A DNA stretch of 32,000 bases from Mycobacterium tuberculosis H37Rv (GTDB lineage Bacteria > Actinomycetota > Actinomycetes > Mycobacteriales > Mycobacteriaceae), in contig NC_000962.3 in assembly GCF_000195955.2 (NCBI RefSeq), positions 2,730,001 to 2,762,000 of the forward strand. The letters run 5' to 3'. Positions 20,313 through 29,779 of the stretch are shown piece after piece. A program made the translations under genes and the position numbers. The notes beneath the pieces are model-generated. The model was not told where the DNA came from, did not search any database, and saw nothing but the letters and a program-made list of their open reading frames with translations. Positions within the stretch are counted from its first letter, which is position 1; each line of letters opens with the position of its first letter.

Positions 20313-21572
20313 TCAGCTAGCCAGTCGCGTGGTCTGCAGCGACACACCGGCGGCCGGCAAACGCTCCAGCAGGGCGTCACCCATTGCGGCCGCGGGGGTT
20401 AACACACCACGCATGTCGGACAGCTTGTCGCGATCCAGTGCCAGCGCCAGACCACACTCCCCCAACAACACCGACGTCGCCTTGTAGCCGGGGTCACCAT
20501 CTTGGGCCATGCGCGCCAGGTACCGGGCTCCGGTGGTTGTGGTGGTGTAGGTCTCGATGCGGTAGTAGCCGCGCTCGCGAGCCGCCGCACTGGGGCCGGT
20601 GCCGGGTTTGGGGACGACACGCTTTACCAGTCCCCGCGGCAGCAGGCGGATGTAGCGGCTGGCCAAGCCGAACATCGCGTTGCCGACACCGCCGCCGACA
20701 ACCGATACCACCGGCGCCAGCACCGTGGACCCTACGCTCATGGTTTCGCTGTAGCGGAACCGCCGGCCGTAGGCCCAGTCCAGGAGCGCGTTGCTGCGGC
20801 GCACGATCCGGGTGTTGGTGGGCGCCATGATGAATCCCGCGGTCCACACACCGGCCAGTTCCGGCGCGAGCCGACGGCCACGACGCGACGGCAGGTCAGG
20901 CTGTGGGCCCAGTTCGGGTTCGGCGCCGCGGTCTGGGCTCAGCATGTAGGGGTCGGATAGCTGGCGGCGCGCATCGGGATCGTTAGAAGCGGTGCTCAAC
21001 ACCTCCAGCATCGATGCGATGGTGCCGCCGGAGAACCCGCCTTTGAAGGAACGCACCACGCAGTTGGTGTCGGTCAGCTCGCCGGCGCCGTCTTCTCGTG
21101 CCGCGTGGTATAGGGCGTACACGCTCAGATCAGATGGGACGGAGTCGAATCCGCAGGCGTGCACGATGCGTGCACCGGTGTCGGCGGCCTGCTTGTGGTA
21201 CAAGTCGATGCTGTTGCGCATGAACATCGGCTCGCCGGTCAGGTCGGCGTAGTCGGTGCCGGCGGCAGCGCATGCGGCCACCAGCGGCAGCCCGTAGCGG
21301 GTGTAGGGCCCAACGGTGGTGACCACGACCTGGGCGCGGGCGGCCATGGCTTGCAGCGTCGACGGCAACGACGCGTCGGCGGTCAGGATCGGCCAGGTCT
21401 GCGCGGATTCGCCCAGGGCTTCGCGAACGGCGAGCACCCGTTGCGTCGACCTGCCGGCCAGCGCGATCCGGGCATCTCCCCCGGCCCGGGCCAGGTATTC
21501 GGCGGTCAGCTTGCCGACGAAGCCGGTCGCCCCGTACAACACGATGTCGAATTCACGCGGCGTAGCGGTCAC
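20313..21572 (-). CDS. Saccharopine-dehydrogenase-like / trans-acting enoyl reductase-like protein
   Basis: FDIVLYGATGFVGKLTAEYLAR Rossmann motif, ...YTRYGLPLVAACAAAGTDYADLTGEP; probable start at 21572 (419 aa). Confidence 0.88.
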   Translation of the reverse strand: MTATPREFDIVLYGATGFVGKLTAEYLARAGGDARIALAGRSTQRVLAVREALGESAQTWPILTADASLPSTLQAMAARAQVVVTTVGPYTRYGLPLVAACAAAGTDYADLTGEPMFMRNSIDLYHKQAADTGARIVHACGFDSVPSDLSVYALYHAAREDGAGELTDTNCVVRSFKGGFSGGTIASMLEVLSTASNDPDARRQLSDPYMLSPDRGAEPELGPQPDLPSRRGRRLAPELAGVWTAGFIMAPTNTRIVRRSNALLDWAYGRRFRYSETMSVGSTVLAPVVSVVGGGVGNAMFGLASRYIRLLPRGLVKRVVPKPGTGPSAAARERGYYRIETYTTTTTGARYLARMAQDGDPGYKATSVLLGECGLALALDRDKLSDMRGVLTPAAAMGDALLERLPAAGVSLQTTRLAS

Positions 21573-21602
21573 GGGTTTGACGCTACTCCGGGGTGCGCGA
21601 GC

Positions 21603-21650
21603 AGACGCAAAAGCTCCCAAATCCGACCGGATTTGGGAGCTTTTGCGTCT
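21603..21650. repeat. Perfect 23-2-23 inverted repeat immediately 3' of rpfE; candidate terminator/RNA processing hairpin
   Basis: AGACGCAAAAGCTCCCAAATCCG-AC-CGGATTTGGGAGCTTTTGCGTCT; exact complementarity. Lies between the rpfE stop (21662) and the downstream gene start (21572). Confidence 0.97.
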
Positions 21651-21661
21651 TTTCGCGGTGG

Positions 21662-22231
<570 letters not shown>

Positions 22232-22261
22232 TTAGCTGCCAGGTGCATTCGAGGGTGCTGC

Positions 22262-22660
22262 GTGGGACGTGCCGTCTCGGTCCGGCACGGCAGCGGAGCG
22301 CTTGATCTGCCCGGCGCGGCTGCTAGCCGCCGCCTGCGGGTCGGCCAACCGATTCAGCCGTCCCCGGCTCCGCTCGCACGCGGGTCCGTAGATTCAATTG
22401 TTGAGATTTCTTGCTGCCCGTCTGCCGGGCCAAGGGGACCGTACGATAACGATTTGGATTCGTCATCTCCGGCAAACCGAGATATCAGTTCAATCACAAG
22501 CCGATCACGGCGCGGTGGCACAATTGTTGTTGCAGGTCAGAAGTGCGGTTTTGGCTCAGCTGTATCTTTGCGACCGCGGCGCTATCGTGAGCCGAATCAC
22601 GCAAATATTGTGACCCCGGACACGGATTTGTCACCATCGTGGCCCTGGTCCGGGATCTGA
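22262..22660 (+). CDS. Hypothetical protein of doubtful reality
   Basis: 132 aa ORF in the spacer upstream of rpfE; corresponds in position to annotated Rv2451 from memory, but there is no recognisable domain and composition is not convincing. Confidence 0.3.
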   Translation: MGRAVSVRHGSGALDLPGAAASRRLRVGQPIQPSPAPLARGSVDSIVEISCCPSAGPRGPYDNDLDSSSPANRDISSITSRSRRGGTIVVAGQKCGFGSAVSLRPRRYREPNHANIVTPDTDLSPSWPWSGI

Positions 22661-22851
22661 TCCACACGCCGTGGTGACCTGCGCCACAACGACTTGCCCA
22701 CCCCGACGTCCACCACACCTCGAATCAGCTAGACTGCTCCCAATAATCCGCCCTAATACTAAGTGCCGCACTGTGATTCATAGGTAACCTGGGGCACCAC
22801 CAAATAGCAGTCTGCCGTAACAGCCGGATCCTCTACCGTCAGCAGACTCAA

Positions 22852-23064
22852 ATGTCCTCCACCCCAACGCAATACGTGATCAACCGCGCACCAGAGACGC
22901 CAACTGTAGTCAAGGCAGTACTAGAAGCGGCGGCCATGGCCAATGTTAATAACGTCTTCATTGAAAACAAGACGAGAATATCTCGAAAGGCCACCAGAAA
23001 ATTAATACGGAATAGTATTAGCGTCCGGGCTGCATCGGTGCGTGCAAGCCTGCGGCCGAATTGA
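22852..23064 (+). CDS. Small ORF with atypically low-GC, Asn/Lys/Ile-rich composition overlapping the 3' end of mobA
   Basis: [70 protein letters not shown]; no convincing ribosome-binding site. Confidence 0.2.
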   Translation: MSSTPTQYVINRAPETPTVVKAVLEAAAMANVNNVFIENKTRISRKATRKLIRNSISVRAASVRASLRPN

Positions 23065-23623
23065 CGTTGGTCAGCGGTCGGGAATCCGCCATCACGATCC
23101 GCAGTGCATCCGAAGCGTCGACCAGGGCGCTCATCTTTCGCTCGCCGGCACCGACCAACGTGTCGACGCGGTCGGCCAGATCCGTCCGATACACCGCGGC
23201 CAGGTAGTGGTTACGGCCATCCCAGGGCAACACCACTTCGGCATCGGTCTGCACCGCGCGGCGCGCGAGATCCTCGATCAATTCCACTGTCAGATAAGGC
23301 ATGTCGACCGCACAGACAAACGCGAGCCGGACACCGGCCTCCGCAGCCGCACGCAACCCGCGACCGGTCGCCGGCAGCGGCCCCAGCCCCGGCAGCTCAT
23401 CACGCAGAACGGGGACCGGCAGCGTGGGCAACGGTTGTCCCGGAGCGGCCATCACGAAAACCGGCGCGCAGCGCTGGCCGAGAATGCCGACCATATGCTC
23501 CACCAGCGTGGTGGTTCCCCCGGGGAGGGGCAGGGTGGCTTTGTCGCGACCCATTCGGCGGGATTCACCTCCCGCGAGAACAACCCCGGCCAGCGGCACT
23601 GTGTCGGGCGCGAGCTCAGCCAC
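23018..23623 (-). CDS. mobA: Molybdenum cofactor guanylyltransferase
   Basis: [27 protein letters not shown] nucleotide-binding motif, [17 protein letters not shown]; 201 aa. Confidence 0.92.
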   Translation of the reverse strand: MAELAPDTVPLAGVVLAGGESRRMGRDKATLPLPGGTTTLVEHMVGILGQRCAPVFVMAAPGQPLPTLPVPVLRDELPGLGPLPATGRGLRAAAEAGVRLAFVCAVDMPYLTVELIEDLARRAVQTDAEVVLPWDGRNHYLAAVYRTDLADRVDTLVGAGERKMSALVDASDALRIVMADSRPLTNVNSAAGLHAPMQPGR

Positions 23624-23624
23624 G

Positions 23625-24746
23625 TCAGTCGACGGTCCAAGTGTCGCGCCCGTGCAACAGTGACTGCAGTGCAGCGGTGCCGGACGGGGCGGCGTTTCGG
23701 GCCGCGACTACCTGCGAGCGGGCCGCATCATCGTAGGTTGGCCGGCTGATGTGCCGAAAGATTCCCAGCACGGTGTGGTCCAGGTTCTGATCGGACAGCC
23801 GGGACAGCGCGAAGGCGTAGGCCGGGTCGTCGACCTGCGCATCGTGCACAATGATCTCGTCGATGGCCACATCGGCCGTCTTGGCCACTTCGAGGCCGAA
23901 TCCGGACTTGACCACGCAGTATTCGCCGTTGGCCCCGAAGACGATCGGCTCGCCGTGGCGGACCTTGATGACCCGCTCCTCGGCGCCCTCCTTGCGCAGC
24001 GCATCGAACGAGCCGTCGTTGAAGATCGGGCAGTCCTGCAGGATTTCGACCAGGGCAGCACCGCGATGCTGGGCCGCGGCACGCAGCACTTCGGTCAGCC
24101 CGTTACGGTCTGAGTCCAGCGCGCGGCCAACGAACGTCGCCTCTGCCCCCAGCGCCAACGACACCGGATTGAACGGGTGATCCAGCGAGCCCATCGGTGT
24201 CGACTTGGTGACCTTGCCGACCTCCGATGTCGGCGAATACTGTCCTTTGGTCAGCCCATAGATCCGGTTGTTGAACAGCAGAATCGTCACGTTGATGTTG
24301 CGGCGCAGCGCGTGGATCAGGTGGTTACCGCCGATCGACAAGGCGTCACCGTCGCCGGTGACCACCCATACCGACAGATCCTCGCGAGCCAGCGCCAGAC
24401 CGGTCGCTATCGCGGGCGCGCGGCCGTGAATCGAATGAAAGCCGTAGGTTTCCAGGTAATAGGGGAACCGGCTGGAGCATCCGATACCGCTGATGAACAC
24501 GATGTTCTCACGCCGCAGCCCCAGTTCGGGCAGGAAGTTTCGGATGGTGTTGAGGATGACGTAGTCGCCGCAGCCCGGGCACCAGCGCACCTCCTGGTCA
24601 CTGGTGAAATCCTTGCCCTTCTGCGGCTGATCCGTGGTGGGCACCCCAGCGTTCTTGGTCAAGCTCGGAGTCAGGCCGAGCTCGGTGCCCGCCAAATCAC
24701 CGGTCACGCCGGTCATGAGCTGTGCTTCATCGCCGGAGCGGGTCAT
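23625..24746 (-). CDS. korB: 2-oxoacid (2-oxoglutarate):ferredoxin oxidoreductase beta subunit
   Basis: [59 protein letters not shown]-binding [20 protein letters not shown]...[16 protein letters not shown]. Confidence 0.94.
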   Translation of the reverse strand: MTRSGDEAQLMTGVTGDLAGTELGLTPSLTKNAGVPTTDQPQKGKDFTSDQEVRWCPGCGDYVILNTIRNFLPELGLRRENIVFISGIGCSSRFPYYLETYGFHSIHGRAPAIATGLALAREDLSVWVVTGDGDALSIGGNHLIHALRRNINVTILLFNNRIYGLTKGQYSPTSEVGKVTKSTPMGSLDHPFNPVSLALGAEATFVGRALDSDRNGLTEVLRAAAQHRGAALVEILQDCPIFNDGSFDALRKEGAEERVIKVRHGEPIVFGANGEYCVVKSGFGLEVAKTADVAIDEIIVHDAQVDDPAYAFALSRLSDQNLDHTVLGIFRHISRPTYDDAARSQVVAARNAAPSGTAALQSLLHGRDTWTVD

Positions 24747-26704
24747 CCGTTTGCTCCCGCTCCCGCCGTGGCCGCCGACAATCTGGCGACCAACGTCTTG
24801 TCTTGCTCAAGCTCGGCCAATCTCCCGGCAAGTGCGGCCCGGATAAAGCGCCCAATCTCGTCGGCCAGGAACGAGACACCCTTAACCTTGGTGACCGATT
24901 GCACGTCGACCAGGTACTTACCGCGCAGCACCTGGGCCAGCTGGCCCAAGTTCAACTCCGGAGCCACCACCTTGGGGTAACGCCGCAGCACCTCACCCAA
25001 ATTGGCCGGGAACGGGTTGAGATAGCGCAGATGGGCGTGCGCTACCTTGGTGCCTCGGCGACGCGCGCGCCGGCACGCTTCACCGATTGGGCCGTAGGAG
25101 CTGCCCCACCCGATCAACAACAGCTCGGCGTCCCCGGTCGGATCATCGACTTCCAGATCGGGAACATGGATACCGTCGATCTTGGCTTGGCGCAACCGGA
25201 CCATGAGGTCATGATTAGTCGGCTCGTAGGAGATGTCGCCCGAGCCATTGGCAGCTTCCAGCCCGCCGATGCGGTGTTCCAGACCGGGGGTGCCCGGAAT
25301 GGCGAACTGGCGGGCAAGGGTTTCCCGGTCACGGGCATAAGGCTGGAAGGGCTCGCCGGGTTTGGCGAAGGTGTGCTTAATGGGCGGTAGCGCATTGACA
25401 TCCGGGATTCGCCATGGCTCCGAGCCGTTGGCGATGGCGCCGTCGGACAACAAGATCACCGGGGTGTGGTAGGACACCGCGATGCGCACCGCCTCAAGGG
25501 CGGTTTCAAAGCAGTCGGCAGGAGAGCGCGGCGCCAGCACCGCCACCGGTGACTCGCCATTGCGGCCGTAGAGCGCCTGCAGCAAGTCGGCCTGCTCGGT
25601 CTTGGTGGGTAGACCGGTCGACGGCCCGCCCCGCTGCACGTCTATGACCAGCAACGGCAGTTCGGTCATCACACCCAGTCCCAGCGCTTCGGACTTCAGC
25701 GAAATTCCCGGTCCCGATGTGCTGGTGACTCCCAACGCACCACCGTAGGCGGCACCCAGCGCAGCGCAGATGCCGCCGATCTCGTCTTCGGCCTGGAAGG
25801 TGACGACATTGAAGTTCTTGTGCTTGGACAGTTCGTGCAGGATGTCCGACGCCGGAGTAATCGGATAACTGCCGAGCACGACCGGAAGGCCGGCGAGCTG
25901 ACCGGCCACCACGATCCCGTAGGCCAGCGCGGTATTGCCCGAGATCTGCCGGTACTCGCCGGGCGGCAAAGTCGCGGGCGGTATCTCATAGGTCGTGCCG
26001 AAGGCCTCGGTGGTTTCGCCGTAGTTCCAGCCGGCCTTGAGGGCCAACACGTTGGCCTCGGCGATTTCGGGCTTGCGGGCGAACTTCTCCCTGATGAAGG
26101 CCTCGCTGTGCTCGAGCTCGCGCCCGTACATCCACGACAGCAGACCCAGCGCAAACATATTTTTGGCGCGCTGGCCATCCTTCTTGGACGCGCCGATCGC
26201 CTCGACGGCACCCAGGGTCAGTGTGGTCATGGCGACGGTGTGCACCACATAGTCGGACAGCTCGCCGGACTCCAGCGGGTTTGTCACGTAGCCCACTTTC
26301 GTCAGGTTGCGCTTGGTGAACTCGTCAGAGTTCACGATCACCATTCCGCCAAGCGGTAGGTCGCCGATATTGGCCTTCAACGCTGCCGGGTTCATGGCGA
26401 CGAGCACGTCGGGACGGTCACCGGCGGTCAGGATGTCGTAATCGGCTATCTGAATCTGAAAAGACGACACTCCGGGCAACGTGCCCGCCGGTGCCCGGAT
26501 CTCTGCGGGGTAGTTCGGCTGGGTCGCCAGATCGTTGCCGAAAAGCGCTGCCTCCGAGGTGAATCGGTCGCCGGTTAGCTGCATGCCGTCGCCGGAGTCT
26601 CCAGCGAACCGGATCACCACATTTTCCAAGCGTTGCCGATCAGGCGCGGCATGAAATGCCGCGTCATGAGACTCTGGCCCGGCCCCGCTGCCGTTCGGAT
26701 CCAC
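24743..26704 (-). CDS. korA: 2-oxoacid (2-oxoglutarate):ferredoxin oxidoreductase alpha subunit
   Basis: Fused gamma/alpha organisation: VIRFAGDSGDGMQLTGDRFT...FQIQIADYDI then GNTALAYGIVVAGQLAGLPVVLGSYPITPASDILHELSKH; probable GTG start at 26704; 4-bp overlap with korB. Confidence 0.94.
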   Translation of the reverse strand: MDPNGSGAGPESHDAAFHAAPDRQRLENVVIRFAGDSGDGMQLTGDRFTSEAALFGNDLATQPNYPAEIRAPAGTLPGVSSFQIQIADYDILTAGDRPDVLVAMNPAALKANIGDLPLGGMVIVNSDEFTKRNLTKVGYVTNPLESGELSDYVVHTVAMTTLTLGAVEAIGASKKDGQRAKNMFALGLLSWMYGRELEHSEAFIREKFARKPEIAEANVLALKAGWNYGETTEAFGTTYEIPPATLPPGEYRQISGNTALAYGIVVAGQLAGLPVVLGSYPITPASDILHELSKHKNFNVVTFQAEDEIGGICAALGAAYGGALGVTSTSGPGISLKSEALGLGVMTELPLLVIDVQRGGPSTGLPTKTEQADLLQALYGRNGESPVAVLAPRSPADCFETALEAVRIAVSYHTPVILLSDGAIANGSEPWRIPDVNALPPIKHTFAKPGEPFQPYARDRETLARQFAIPGTPGLEHRIGGLEAANGSGDISYEPTNHDLMVRLRQAKIDGIHVPDLEVDDPTGDAELLLIGWGSSYGPIGEACRRARRRGTKVAHAHLRYLNPFPANLGEVLRRYPKVVAPELNLGQLAQVLRGKYLVDVQSVTKVKGVSFLADEIGRFIRAALAGRLAELEQDKTLVARLSAATAGAGANG

Positions 26705-26814
26705 GTCTCCGCCTTCCATGTGTTATCGGACAGGCACTCCGCGCTGCAGCTTCAGGTTACGCGTCGTCGGAGCGACACCCCCGCGCCGCACGGCTTGTGT
26801 CACTGGCGGTAGCG

Positions 26815-26820
26815 ATTATG
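26815..26820 (-). promoter_or_regulatory. Candidate -10 element (CATAAT) for the kor operon
   Basis: Minus-strand CATAAT at 26820-26815 predicts a transcript start near 26808, ~104 nt upstream of korA; no well-spaced -35. Confidence 0.3.
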
Positions 26821-26935
26821 ACATTTCATTTCGGGTGTAAGGCGGTCTCCGATGCCATATATGCGGCCGGTAACCGACCAAAAGGCGAAGTCAGCGAGGG
26901 CTGGCGGTAGCGACGACACAGAACTGTGGTATTGG

Positions 26936-28192
26936 TCACTTCCCCCCGAGGGTTGGCCGCGACCGCACCCGGACATCCGAATCCACGGTTTCCGGCATCG
27001 CGACCAGGTACAGGAGGAAGCCGGCCCCGGCGAGCGCACCCAGCGACATGAATGCCGCGTCATAGCCCGCGACGACCACGATCCAGCCGGCAACAAGATT
27101 AGACAGCGCGGCACCAATGCCCGTTGCCGTGGTTACCGCCCCGAGGCTGATATTGAAATGTCCCGTTCCGTGTGTGACGTCCTGTACGACAAGGGGAAAC
27201 AACGCCCCGAAAATGCCGGCTCCGATACCGTCGAGCAACTGCACGCCCACCAGCCAGTAGGAGTTATCCGACAACGTGTAGAGGAACCCGCGAGCGGTCA
27301 AGACAGCGAACCCCACCAAAAAGATCGGCTTTCGCCCCCACGCGTCGGCCCTGGTCCCGACCACATACGCCACCGGCACCATCACGACCTGCGCCGCGAC
27401 GATGCACGACGACATCAGCGCCGTTCCTTCGTCTCGATTGTGCAACGCCAACAGCTCGCCGACCAGCGGCAGCATCGCCGCGTTGGCGAAGTGGAACGCG
27501 ACAACCGCCGCCCCGAAGATCACCAGTTCGCGGTTGTGCGCCAACACGGTGAACCGCGACGGCTGCGGATGCGGCTCGCCGGGCGCATGGTCCATACCAC
27601 GCGCTAAATCGTGGTCGACCGCGTCCGGCGGGATCCGCAGTGTCGCCAGCACGCTGATCAACGCCATGCCGGCCAGCACCCAGAACACCACCACCGGCCC
27701 GAAGAAGTACGCCAGCGCGCCGGTCGCCCCAGCCGCCGACGCGTTACCGGCGTGGTTGAACGCTTCGTTACGCCCAATCCGTCTGGCGAAAAACTGAGGA
27801 CCGACAGCACCCAACGTGATCGCCGCCAACGCCGGAGCGAAAACCGAGCTGGCGATCCCGGTGACGGCCTGCAGCACCGAGATGGAATACAAGCCCGCAA
27901 ACAGCGGCATCGCCACTGCGGCGGCGGTGACCAGCACCGCGCCGGCGACGACCAGCGCCCGCTTGGCCGTGGTCCGGTCCACCAGGGCGCCAATCGGCGT
28001 CTGGGCCACGATGGCCGCAATGCCGCCGACCGCCATGACGAACCCGATCGAGGCTTGATCCCAATCGTGGATCAACAGGAGGTATATCGACAGATAGGGG
28101 CCCAGACCGTCGCGAACATCAGCCAACGAGAAATTCAGCAGGTCCAGCGCACGCGCCACCCGTGGCGGCACTGCCACAACGGTGCCCGACAT
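26936..28192 (-). CDS. Major facilitator superfamily transporter
   Basis: 418 aa multi-TM ORF with MFS signature (TPIGALVDRTTAKRALV) and internal repeat-like YVVGTRADAWGRKPIFLVG. Confidence 0.9.
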   Translation of the reverse strand: MSGTVVAVPPRVARALDLLNFSLADVRDGLGPYLSIYLLLIHDWDQASIGFVMAVGGIAAIVAQTPIGALVDRTTAKRALVVAGAVLVTAAAVAMPLFAGLYSISVLQAVTGIASSVFAPALAAITLGAVGPQFFARRIGRNEAFNHAGNASAAGATGALAYFFGPVVVFWVLAGMALISVLATLRIPPDAVDHDLARGMDHAPGEPHPQPSRFTVLAHNRELVIFGAAVVAFHFANAAMLPLVGELLALHNRDEGTALMSSCIVAAQVVMVPVAYVVGTRADAWGRKPIFLVGFAVLTARGFLYTLSDNSYWLVGVQLLDGIGAGIFGALFPLVVQDVTHGTGHFNISLGAVTTATGIGAALSNLVAGWIVVVAGYDAAFMSLGALAGAGFLLYLVAMPETVDSDVRVRSRPTLGGK

Positions 28193-28207
28193 GCAGTCGT
28201 CGCGGGG

Positions 28208-29488
28208 CTACGCGCTCTTGTCGCGGCGCTCCGAACGGGACGGCTTGCGTGGCACGATTGTCGGCAACACGTTGTCCTGCACGGTCTCCTTGGTGACCAC
28301 CACTTTGGCGACATCGTCGCGGCTCGGGATGTCGTACATCACCGGCAGCAGGACTTCTTCCATGATCGCCCGCAGGCCGCGGGCACCGGTGCCGCGATGG
28401 ATCGCCTGGTCGGCGATCGCTTCCAGCGCATCGTCGGTGAACTCCAACTCCACGCCATCCATCTCGAACAGCCGGATGTACTGCTTGACCAAAGCGTTCT
28501 TCGGCTCGGACAGGATCTTGACCAACGACTCTTTGTCCAGGTTGGTGACCGAGGCGACCACCGGCAGGCGGCCGATGAATTCCGGGATCAGGCCGAACTT
28601 GATCAGATCCTCCGGCATCACGTCGGCAAAGTGGTCGGTGGTGTCGATCTCGGCCTTGGAACGAACCTCGGCGCCAAAGCCGAGGCCCCGCTTGCCGACG
28701 CGCTCGTAAATGATCTTCTCCAGCCCGGCGAACGCTCCCGCGACGATGAACAGCACGTTGGTGGTGTCGATCTGGATGAACTCTTGATGCGGGTGCTTAC
28801 GGCCCCCCTGCGGCGGAACCGACGCCTGAGTGCCCTCCAGGATTTTCAGCAAGGCCTGCTGAACGCCCTCACCGGAGACGTCGCGAGTAATCGACGGGTT
28901 CTCACTCTTGCGGGCGATCTTGTCGACCTCGTCGATGTAGATGATGCCGGTCTCGGCGCGTTTGACGTCGTAGTCGGCGGCCTGAATAAGTTTGAGCAAG
29001 ATGTTCTCGACGTCCTCGCCGACGTAACCGGCCTCGGTCAGCGCGGTGGCGTCGGCGATGGCAAACGGCACGTTAAGCATCTTGGCCAGCGTCTGGGCCA
29101 GGTAGGTCTTGCCACAACCGGTGGGTCCGAGCATCAAGATGTTCGACTTGGTCAACTCAACGGGCTCACATCGGGAGTCACGGCCCTTCTCCCCGGCCTG
29201 GATCCGCTTGTAGTGGTTGTACACCGCCACGGCCAGCGTGCGTTTGGCGGTATCTTGCCCGATGACGTAGCCCTCGAGGAACTCCCGGATCTCGGCCGGC
29301 TTGGGCAGCTCGTCGAGTTTCACATCGTCGGCGTCGGCGAGTTCCTCTTCGATGATCTCGTTACACAGGTCGATGCACTCATCGCAGATGTACACGCCGG
29401 GGCCGGCAATGAGCTTCTTGACCTGTTTTTGGCTCTTCCCGCAGAACGAGCACTTCAGCAGGTCACCACCGTCTCCTATGCGCGCCAT
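28208..29488 (-). CDS. clpX: ATP-dependent Clp protease ATP-binding subunit ClpX
   Basis: Zn finger ([30 protein letters not shown]), Walker [16 protein letters not shown], Walker [40 protein letters not shown]; 426 aa. Confidence 0.98.
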
Positions 29489-29766
29489 AATGCTGATGGC
29501 CTACTTCCTGATCGCCGTTCGTGTTGCCGTGCCCCGTGTATGCCCCGACGCTACCCGCTTGCTCCGGCCCCCCGCGACCGTTAGCACCGAATAGCGTCCT
29601 AGAGATTTCAGGGTGTTCACGCCTCTCGTCTGAATGAAACATATAGCCCGACTGCGCCCCACTCGCCGAGACGCGCGATCCGTGTCTCTGGCGTGTCGCG
29701 GTCGTAACCCCACCGAGGCCCGCGCGTCGCGGACCCGGCAGCGGCCCGACCGCCAGCTGACCACCC

Positions 29767-29779
29767 TACAGTGGCGTTG
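29767..29779 (+). promoter_or_regulatory. Candidate -10 element and leaderless start for the mmuM-like gene
   Basis: TACAGT (29767-29772), 6 nt, then GTG start codon at 29779; predicted +1 coincides with the initiation codon. Confidence 0.5.

Noticed and set aside
19194-20402. 402-aa plus-strand ORF opposite valS
   Set aside because: Antisense to canonical valyl-tRNA synthetase, His/Gly/Arg-rich, no recognisable motifs.
22615-22635. Possible CRP-like half-site TGTGACCCCGGACACG
   Set aside because: Only the left half matches the TGTGA-N6-TCACA consensus well; too weak to call without motif scoring.
27611-29584. 657-aa plus-strand ORF opposite clpX and the MFS gene
   Set aside because: Composition is Arg/Gly/Asp/His-rich with no domains and it is antisense to highly conserved genes; long mirror-frame ORFs are expected in high-GC DNA.
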